From the NCBI RefSeq assembly GCF_006345805.1, contig NW_021834784.1:1-64000 (forward strand): a DNA stretch of 64,000 bases. The letters run 5' to 3'. The first letter of the stretch is position 1, and each line of letters begins with the position of its first letter. The position numbers and the translations under genes are program-made. Source of the stretch: Octopus sinensis. Taxonomy: Eukaryota. The notes under the pieces were generated by a model, which saw only the letters and a list, made by a program, of their open reading frames with translations, had not been told where the DNA came from and ran no database searches. Of this stretch, positions 54,745-64,000 are shown piece after piece.

Positions 54745-54796
54745 GGTTTAATGTTGTAGTAGTAGTAGAAGTAGTAGTAGTTGTTGTAGTAGTAGT

Positions 54797-54849
<53 letters not shown>

Positions 54850-54853
54850 CAGC

Positions 54854-54893
<40 letters not shown>

Positions 54894-55001
54894 ATGATGG
54901 AAGTGGTGTGGGCGTGGTGGTGATGGTGTGATGTTGGTGGTGGTGCTGGTGGTGGTGGTGGTGCTGCTGGTGGTGGCGTTTGTTGTGGTGGTAGTAGTAG
55001 T

Positions 55002-55049
<48 letters not shown>

Positions 55050-55060
55050 ACAACAGCAGC
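54745..55060 (+). repeat. (AGT)n/(AGC)n/(GGT)n compound tract
   Basis: Direct reading. Confidence 0.9.
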
Positions 55061-55347
55061 AGCTGCTTCCGGAAATTTTTATTTTTAAATTTATTTATTA
55101 TTTTTTTAATGTTTTATTCATAATCTGTGTCTTGCATGTTGTGTTGAGCAAGACCAGGTTTCACTTACGAACTGAGAACGAAATAATTTTTTAAGGTCTC
55201 TTCTTGTATGTATGTATGTATGTATGTATGTATGTATGTATGTATGTATGTATGTATGTATGTATATATGTATGTATGTAGTATGTATGTATGTATGCAT
55301 TTATGTATTATGTATATATGTATGTATGTATTATGTATATATATATT

Positions 55348-55378
<31 letters not shown>

Positions 55379-55440
55379 GTATATATGTATGTATGTGTGT
55401 ATGTATGTATGTATGTATGTATGTATGTATGTATGTATGT

Positions 55441-55530
<90 letters not shown>

Positions 55531-56284
55531 GTGACAGAGCATACATACACTGTCAGATGACATCTGGCTTTATATGAAGCATTCCACGGATGTCGATTAT
55601 TTTTCTTATTTTATAAGCCATTTTTACTCTGGATCTTTTATTATTTCGAAGCTACAGAATTGAACTAAGATGACAAGTCTACCAAACATCTTACTGGAGT
55701 ATTACTTTTAATCTTTCAAGATCCTAAAGTATATTTTTCTTTCTAATTCTTTATATTCCTATACAAACTTCAGTTTATCAAAAATGGTCAGAATTGTTCC
55801 ACGATCTTCTTGCATTCCTGTACAGTGGTTCTTTTTTTTTTTTGCAGATGTCTTGTGAGCAAAATAGTTTCAGTTAAACTTTGAGTAATTTCGAATTTCT
55901 ATTTTTCATGATTTCGTATATATTTTCAAATTACGCTATTTCTAATGAAGTTGTGTTGTTCCTTAAAGGTATATTAAGATCGGTGAAAATGGAAAAGAAG
56001 AAATGATTTCAAGACATACTGGAACACAGCAGTTCTTATTTGTGTATTCTGTACTGATAGAACTCCACAGTAATGTTGTAGTTTGCACGTATACAAACAC
56101 GCAAACATGGTAAAATATAACCCCAAATATAACAATATCTGTTTCAACACACGATTCCACATCAAGAATCTTTCTCTCTCTTTCTATAAATATATATATA
56201 TATGTATATATACATACATGCATGCATATATACATACATACATACATACTACATACATACATATATATATATATATATAGTATA

Positions 56285-56346
<62 letters not shown>

Positions 56347-56348
<2 letters not shown>

Positions 56349-56553
56349 ACGGGAAGCTTTATGAAAATAAACAAAGACGAAGGCAGGTGGAATATAAACA
56401 AAACAATTGTATTAGTATGGCGCTCAGGAATATAAATAAAACAAGTCTTTTACGTTTCGAGCCTACGCTCTTCAACAGAAAGATACACAGAAAATAAACA
56501 CAGAAAGAAACAAGGAGAGAAAAAAATGCGTGCAGAGGCTAGCGAATCAACAT
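56347..56553 (-). mobile_element. About 205-bp non-coding hammerhead-bearing interspersed repeat
   Basis: Reverse complement of 30009-30215 with only a few differences. Confidence 0.8.
56446..56483 (-). ncRNA. Minimal hammerhead-like motif (same sequence as 30079 copy)
   Basis: Reverse complement reads TCTTTCTGTTGAAGAGCGTAGGCTCGAAACGTAAAAGA. Confidence 0.6.
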
Positions 56554-56733
56554 ATATATATACAACGGCAGATGGATAATGTGTCAATTCACTACAGCTG
56601 TTCCCAACGAGCTGGACACATTATAGCATTAGAAAAAACCCTTTTCATCAGGTAAATGCAAGAACCTCAACATTCAAAAACATTCAACAGCCAACGGCAA
56701 GTGCACTTACATGATTTTATGACCTCTGCTGGC

Positions 56734-56779
<46 letters not shown>

Positions 56780-56887
56780 TTTGCCGATTCCTGAGGGATA
56801 GAAAAGGCATAAAGAGACGAAAAGAAATACCTGTATATCATTTCTTCGACGCTATAGTAATTCTTTCAAAGCAACAAAATAATAGTG

Positions 56888-56928
<41 letters not shown>

Positions 56929-57661
56929 CACTTCACTTAAAATGTCATCTCAATTTCGTAGAACCCAATTGGTTTCACTTCAGGAATTAATATATCGTTT
57001 GAGGTTTCTGACTTTGCTAAAACTATTTCCAATTTAACAAAGACAAACCCTTTCGTAGATGTTAGCCATTTCTTAATTTATTCGCTATGGTATATTTACA
57101 TCTCAAATTTACGAAGAGGCATTCGCTAGTTCTGTCCCACCCTCTCACTCCTTCCTTCTCTATCTATCTCTCCCTCCTTCTACCTTTTCCTCTCTTTCTC
57201 CCCCCTCTCTTTCTTTCCTTTCCTCCCTTTCTCCTTTCTCTTTCTCTCTACTTCATCTGTCACTAAAACTTCGTTTTCATTCATTTCCATTTCGTTCAAC
57301 AACAGCCATTTCATCCGGAAATTCCTAGCCGCGTATACGCTCAGAACTTCAGAAAACTGAGGGTAAAATAACTACTGTACTAAATTATCCGACTCCTTAA
57401 GACCTTTCTACCCCCAGGAGGGCCTTCACACAGCATTGAATCAGCTGCTCATATTGGGATTGACAAATAACAACAACAAAAATAGTGGCTTGTATGATTT
57501 GTCTCTCCAATATTATTTTGCGTGGTTGACTTCATGAACCAATTTTTAGCTCATTAAGCATAGAATATAACCGGGTTCAAATGGTGATAGGTAAACTAAA
57601 TATAAGAACTTTTTTAAAATTCTTTTTTAAATTTCATAGTAAGGTTTATGAATATCATATA

Positions 57662-58262
57662 TTCTGTTGTGTCTGGGGAGAGTCATTTTCTTTTTGTGCC
57701 TTATAATGTAACACACTCACAGGTAAAATTTCCACTTATTTCGTATTTTTATTTTCCTAAAATTTTCGTTGCATCTTGCAATCTTTTCAATAGTCTTGAC
57801 TCTGACCGTTATTTACACTGCGTTCCTTTTTGTTTGTTGAACGCAGTGTAAATAACGAATAGAGTCAAGACTATTGAAAAGATTGCAAGACGCAACGAAA
57901 ATTTTAGGAAAATAAAAATACGAAATAAGTGGAAATTTTACCGGTGAGTGTGTTACATTATAAGGTACAAAAAGAAAATGACTTTCCACAGACAGAACAG
58001 TCTATGCTTCAACACACGAACTCCTATAAAGAATCTTGCAAACCAAATACAAAAACGAGATATCATATATCTGTTCTAGAAAATTTTAGGAAAATAAAAA
58101 TACGAAATAAGTGGAAATTTTACCGGTGAGTATGTTACACTATAAGGTACAAAAAGAAAATGACTTTCCCCAGACAGAACAGTCTATGCTTCAACACACG
58201 AACTCCCATAAAGAATCTTGCAAACCAAATACAAAAACGAGATATCATATATCTGTTCTAGA
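57662..58262. repeat. About 165-bp-arm fold-back overlapping a 182-bp tandem duplication
   Basis: Arms 57662-57825 and 57839-58000, 13-nt loop; unit 57898-58079 repeated at 58080-58262; dispersed homologue at about 45975-46125. Confidence 0.9.
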
Positions 58263-58399
58263 AATTAGGAAAGTTGAAATATAATTTGCGCATTTTATGA
58301 AAGTTAATTATATGTAACTGAATTGACAAGAAGAGCATCAGTCTGCAGAAGATCCAGCCGATGCAAGTATGAAAAAATGGACGTTGTGGCCATAATGAT

Positions 58400-58830
58400 C
58401 GAGCTGGTAGAATAGCTAGCACGCCGGACAAAATGCTTAGCGGCTTTTCTTCCGTCTTGACGTTCTGAACTTTACGTTCTGGATAGCCCGAACAAAATGC
58501 TTAGCGGCATTTCGTCCGTCTTGACGTTCTGAACTTTACGTTCTGGATAGCCCGAACAAAATGCTTAGCGGCTTTTCTTCCGTCTTGACGTTCTGAACTT
58601 TACGTTCTGGATAGCCCGAACCAAATGCTTAGCGGCATTTCGTCCGTCTTGACGTAGAGAACTTAAATTCCATCGCGGTCGACTTTGTCTTTCATTCCTT
58701 CGGGGTCGATAAGATATGCACCATTTCAGCCCTGGGGTCGATGTAATCGACTGGTTTCTCATAAAATGTCAGACCACGTGCCTAGTAGAAAGGATTATTT
58801 TGCAGAACTCAGTCATGAGATTGTGATCAG
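58400..58830 (+). mobile_element. SINE family A with internally amplified 64-bp segment
   Basis: Head at 58400, tandem array 58424-58654, core at about 58670-58750. Confidence 0.8.
58424..58654 (+). repeat. 64-bp minisatellite (about 3.6 units, ABAB)
   Basis: CAAAATGCTTAGCGG recurs at 58429, 58493, 58557 and 58621 (one substitution in the last); GCTTTTCTTCC and GCATTTCGTCC variants alternate. Confidence 0.9.
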
Positions 58831-58949
58831 AAGAGTCCCTCTCTTTAAGAATATCCATCTATTATATGAATCCCGACATTTTGTCTGGTATATATTATAT
58901 TCATCAATATGTGTGGCTATGGCTTCTATAAATAAATGTGTATGCATAA

Positions 58950-59204
58950 ATTAACGTGCAAGAGGCTGAGCACTCTACAGACACATGTGCCATTAACGTA
59001 GTTCTCAGGGAGATTCAGCGTGACATAGAGTGTGACATGTCTGGCCTTTTGAAAATACAGGTACAACCCATTTTGCCAGAAGAGTGGACTGGAGCAATGT
59101 GAAATAAAGTGTCTTGCTCAAGGACACAATGCGTCGCCGGGAATTGAACTCATGATCTCATTATCGTGAGCCGAATGACCTAACCACTAAGCCACGCACC
59201 TTCA
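58950..59204 (-). mobile_element. tRNA-derived SINE (as 13917)
   Basis: Reverse-complement homology to 13917-14232. Confidence 0.8.
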
Positions 59205-59351
59205 CACACAAACACGCACATATATATATATATCCATAAATATAAGCATGTATATACATATATTATATATATTATATATATATTACGCGTGTGCATATGT
59301 GTGAGTGTGCAAATATATATATATATGTATATATGTATATATGTATATATA

Positions 59352-59389
<38 letters not shown>

Positions 59390-59391
59390 TA

Positions 59392-59845
59392 TGTCTTGCA
59401 CACTCACTTTTATATATACTTGTGTGTGTGTGTGCAAGTATATATATATATATGTGTGCGTGTGTATGTGTGTATGTATTTATAACGTAAAGCCAGTTAT
59501 GTAAAGAGTTTATAAAAAAGAATAATTAAACTCCATTACATTTTTTTATTCTGCGCTGAGCTAAAAATGTTGCGACTATATCTGGCTTGCTGTAACTATA
59601 GAAACGGTCCTTCCATCGTTACTTAAAGGGAACCAAGACGAGTGGAAACTAGTGTGTTGTTCTTTGAATGAGGATGGGAACCGTACAGATGTTGCCAAAG
59701 CAGGAATGAAAGCTGAAAGGTAGACATTGGAGACACATGCTTGGAATTTCAGTTGCAAAAATTCCAGGTCTGTTCTTTCCGCAAAAGAGAAGAGAGCCTT
59801 GCAATACTCAACATTCTGAAAGAGGAGATATATTGAAGTGGAATA

Positions 59846-59894
<49 letters not shown>

Positions 59895-60288
59895 AAGCAA
59901 ATATAAATCAAAAATTGAAAATCAAAAATATTTGATGGAATTTATGAAATACTGGATTTATGTTTGGAAATTTTCTGGGGAACGTTCTACCGATACACAG
60001 CATCCAGTTTTTTTATTGGATTTAAATATTTGTAAGAATTTTACATTGATCGTCAAAGGGATTCTGTTTTGTCTATAAAACAATTTTTTTTTATTGTATT
60101 TTTTCATGACTCCATTTACTCTTTTACTCTTTTACAGGTTTCAGTCATTAGACTGCGGCCATGCTGGAGCACTGCCTTTACTCGAACAAATCGACCCCAG
60201 GACTTTCAGAGACATAAACACACCAACATCGGTTGTCAAGCGATAGTGGGGAAGACGAACACAGACACAGAGGTACACACACATAAAT

Positions 60289-60325
<37 letters not shown>

Positions 60326-60348
60326 ATATATATATATATATATATATG

Positions 60349-60382
<34 letters not shown>

Positions 60383-61310
60383 TATATATATATATATATA
60401 TGTCTTGCACCTCACTTTTATATATACTTGTGGTATGTGTGTGCAAGTATATATATATATATATGTGTGCGTGTGTATGTGTGTATGTATTTATAACGTA
60501 AAGCCAGTTATGTAAAGAGTTTATAAAAAAGAATAATTAAACTCCATTACATTTTTTTATTCTGCGCTGAGCTAAAAATGTTGCGACTATATTGGCTTGC
60601 TGTAACTATAGAAACGGTCCTTCCATCGTTACTTAAAGGGAACCAAGACGAGTGGAAACTAGTGTGTTGTTCTTTGAATGAGGATGGGAACCGTACAGAT
60701 GTTGCCAAAGCAGGAATGAAAGCTGAAAGGTAGACATTGGAGACACATGCTTGGAATTTCAGTTGCAAAAATTCCAGGTCTGTTCTTTCCGCAAAAGAGA
60801 AGAGAGCCTTGCAATACTCAACATTCTGAAAGAGGAGATATATTGAAGTGGAATAATGTGTGTGTGGTGTGTGTGTGTGTGTGTGTGTGTGTGTTGTGTG
60901 TGTGCTAAGCAAATATAAATCAAAAATTGAAAATCAAAATATTTGATGGAATTTGAAATACTGGATTTATGTTGGAAATTTTCTGGGGAACGTTCTACTA
61001 CCGATCACAGCATCCAGTTTTTTATGGATTTAAATATTTGTAAGAATTTTACATTGATCGTCAAAGGGATTCTGTTTTGTCTATAAAACAATTTTTTTTA
61101 TTGTATTTTTTCATGACTCCATTTAATCTTTTACTTCTTTTACAGGTTTCAGTCATATACTGCGGCCATGCTGGAGCACTGCCTTTACTCGAACAAATCG
61201 ACCCCAGGACTTTCAGAGACATAAACACACCAACATCGGTTGTCAAGCGATAGTGGGGAAACGAACACAGACACAGAGGTACAACAGAGGGTTAAAGATA
61301 AAAGAAACAC
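59392..61310 (+). repeat. About 1.0-kb tandem duplication (possibly an assembly artefact)
   Basis: 59392 to about 60300 repeated from 60401 (offset about 1009); differences mostly 1-3-bp indels. Confidence 0.9.
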
Positions 61311-61545
61311 ACACACACAACCCACACACACACACATATAATATATATATATATATATATGTATGGTATATAGTATATATATATATACACGACGGGCTTC
61401 TTTCAGTTTCCGTCTACCAATTTTACTCACAAGGTCATTCGTCGGTCTGAGACTATAGTAGAAGACATTTGCCCAAGGTACCACGTAGTGGGATTGAACC
61501 CGGAACCATGTAGTTGTTAAGAAAGCTTCTTACCACACAGCCACA
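61125..61545 (-). mobile_element. SINE family B
   Basis: Same landmarks; its 3' half is duplicated at 60115-60290. Confidence 0.8.
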
Positions 61546-61553
61546 CAGAAATA

Positions 61554-61592
<39 letters not shown>

Positions 61593-61799
61593 AAAAACAG
61601 TAACGGAAAATCTTTAAAGTATTAGAAAATATTTCGATAACTGGTGTAAAAATCTCTCTCGGATTTTTTCTGCCACATATAAAGGGTTTTAGAGAAGTGG
61701 AATTATCGATATGTGTATTTGTTGGTTATGCATGTGTGGATGTCTGTGAGTGTGTGTGTGTGTGTTTGTGTGTGTGTTTATATATGTATTTGTGTAGAT

Positions 61800-61862
<63 letters not shown>

Positions 61863-61879
61863 CGTATATATATATATAT

Positions 61880-62060
61880 AGTTAATCCAACCAGAAAACA
61901 CAGAAAAAAAAGAGAAAAAAAACAGCAACGCAGGACGTGGAACAATTAAGTATTATTGACGCTCAGGAAAGAAAGGAAGGAGGGTTTAACGTTTCGAGCG
62001 GAGCTCTTCGTCGGAAACAAGGAGAAGGGAAGATCCCAAGGAGGGAAGACAGAGGAGACA
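61880..62060 (-). mobile_element. Hammerhead-bearing repeat, second subfamily
   Basis: Homologous to 40143-40340; abuts (TA)n. Confidence 0.65.
61984..62018 (-). ncRNA. Minimal hammerhead-like motif
   Basis: Minus strand: GTTT-CCGACGA-A-GAGC tcc GCTC-GAAA-CG-TT-AAAC. Confidence 0.6.
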
Positions 62061-62097
62061 ATATTTGAGCTGGTGGTGCTTAAGATATATATATATA

Positions 62098-62415
62098 GGC
62101 ACAGGAGTGGCTGTGTGGTAAGTAGCTTACCAGCCACATGGTTCCGAGATCACTTCCACTGCGTGAAACCTTCGGCAAGTGTCTTCTACTATAGCCTCGG
62201 GACGACCAAAGCCTTGCGAGTGGATTTAGCGTTTGTGCCCCACTCCACCATCACTTGACAACCGATGATGGTGTGTTTACGTTTCGTAACTAAACGTTTC
62301 GGCAAAATGGATTAGGCTTACAAAGAATAAGTCCTGGGGTCAATTTGTTCGACTAAATGCTGTGCTCCAGCATGGCTACAGTCAAATGACTGAATCAAAG
62401 AAAAGAATAAAAGAA
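62098..62415 (+). mobile_element. SINE family B lacking the internal microsatellite segment
   Basis: Head and tail present; jumps from GTGGATTT to GTTTGTGCCCC. Confidence 0.8.
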
Positions 62416-62473
62416 TACAATAACATTTATATACGAACGCCACACACATATACATATATATATATATATATAT

Positions 62474-62504
<31 letters not shown>

Positions 62505-62919
62505 CATAGATGTGTGTATAGATAGATAGTGTGTGATTATATATACGTAAATATATAGATATATATACAGTACATATATAATATACGTGTGTGTATGTTT
62601 GTGTGTGTGTGTGTGTGTGTGTGTTGCCTGTCTCTGCTTCTCTGTACGTATGTATGTATGTATGTATGTGTGTATGTATGCATGTATGTATGCATGTATG
62701 TATGTATGCATGTATGTATGTATGTATGTATGTATGTATGTATATAGTTACATATTTTTGCGCATGCGCGTCTGTGTTTCTGAAGAGAACACTCTAGAGG
62801 CAAATCAATACGCGGTTCGATTTTATTGATATTGATGTTGTTGTCGTCGTTGTTGCTGTTGTTCATTTTATGAGTTTTGACGTTTCCTTATCATTATTGA
62901 TATATTATTGACGACTACG

Positions 62920-63056
62920 ACGACGACGATGATGACGACGACGATGACGACAACGATGATGTTGATGATGATGATGATGATGATGTTTTTGTGTTTATTT
63001 GCTTTAATCTTGAAACGTAAGGTAAGTGAAGGAGAGAAAGCAGAAAGAAAATAATG

Positions 63057-63106
<50 letters not shown>

Positions 63107-63201
63107 TGTAATAATAATAATAATAATAATTGTAATAATAATAATAATAATAATAGTGATATAATTAATAATAATAATAATAACAACAATAGTAGTAGTA
63201 A

Positions 63202-63262
<61 letters not shown>
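62920..63262 (+). repeat. (GAC/GAT)n, (AAT)n, (AGT)n compound tract
   Basis: Direct reading. Confidence 0.9.
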
Positions 63263-63263
<1 letters not shown>

Positions 63264-64000
63264 ATAAAAGGAACAAGGAGGCAAGAATTTGATCGAGAAG
63301 ATGGTAAATGAATGGGTTGAAATGCAATAATAGAATATAAACATCTCAAAAGATTGTAAATTGCCAAAAAGGGGAAAAAAAAAGATTAAAGGTAAAATTA
63401 GCAACAAGAAAAATAAAGAGAAGACGACGGTGGAGACGGAGAGGTGGAGGATAAAAACAAAAAAAAATAAAGTGGGGTGGGTGGGTAACAAAAGGAAAAG
63501 AAGACAAATTTTTCTCCGCTTGACAGCGGCTAGGAATATCTGTTTTCTGTCATGCGCTGCTGGGCAAACATAGACACTAATCTAGCTATTAATTTGATCT
63601 GCTTCTCAGTCAATGGTAGCTTAGATATGACACTTAAGACACGTTAGAAGAGAAAAGTAACAAACAAGGAAAACGAGCACTTGTCTGACAGTGGCAAAAT
63701 CATAATAAACAAACAAAACAAATAGATAAATAAATAAATAAATATATAAATAAATGAAGTTTTTTTTTTTTTTAAATAAAAAAAAAAAATAAGAAAGAAA
63801 TGAGAACAAAAAAACAACAAACAACCAAATAATACAGGTCAGTGAAAGTTTTGGTGGGGAAAAACGAAGTAGATTTTTTAAAAGGAATCACTGAAATAAA
63901 TAGAGCAAAGACAAAGCAGAGGAAATATCTCACCCACAGACATTCACACATACACATACACACACACGCACACACACGCACACACACACAGATAGATATA

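Noticed and set aside
55148-55206. GAAA-CCTGG-TC on the minus strand
   Set aside because: Core box and helix II are missing; not counted.
58424-58654. CRISPR-like regular repeats
   Set aside because: Contiguous tandem units with no unique spacers, in eukaryotic SINE context.
59576-60912. Duplicated 111/121-aa ORFs suggesting tandem genes
   Set aside because: They start in (CA)n, have no recognisable domain and arise from the 1-kb duplication.

Overview
AT-rich animal genomic DNA dominated by microsatellites ((TA)n, (CA)n, (GATA)n, (CATA)n, (AAT)n, (AGT)n) and interspersed repeats. The repeats include several tRNA-derived SINE families, non-autonomous Helitrons, mariner-derived MITEs and Penelope-like (PLE) fragments. 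The repeat repertoire looks like a coleoid cephalopod, probably Octopus; this is inferred from recalled repeat families, not from a search. One convincing host coding segment is present: a 367-aa Q/H/N/D-rich ORF on the minus strand (20367-21470), probably an early exon of a regulatory protein, with no recognisable domain in the window. Almost all other ORFs in the supplied track are read-through of microsatellites. The most notable signal is a set of at least nine type I hammerhead-ribozyme-like motifs in four to five sequence families, all with very short, palindromic helix III. One follows a PLE GIY-YIG endonuclease pseudogene. The others are solo or lie in short (about 200-bp) non-coding repeats; most abut (TA)n tracts, suggesting retrozyme-like or PLE-dependent non-autonomous elements. 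Also seen: a pre-miRNA-like hairpin, several long fold-backs, a head-to-head mariner 5'-end fusion, a SINE-derived 64/128-bp minisatellite, an old local triplication and a probable 1-kb assembly duplication. Repeat boundaries are approximate (about 10-20 bp) unless end motifs are quoted.
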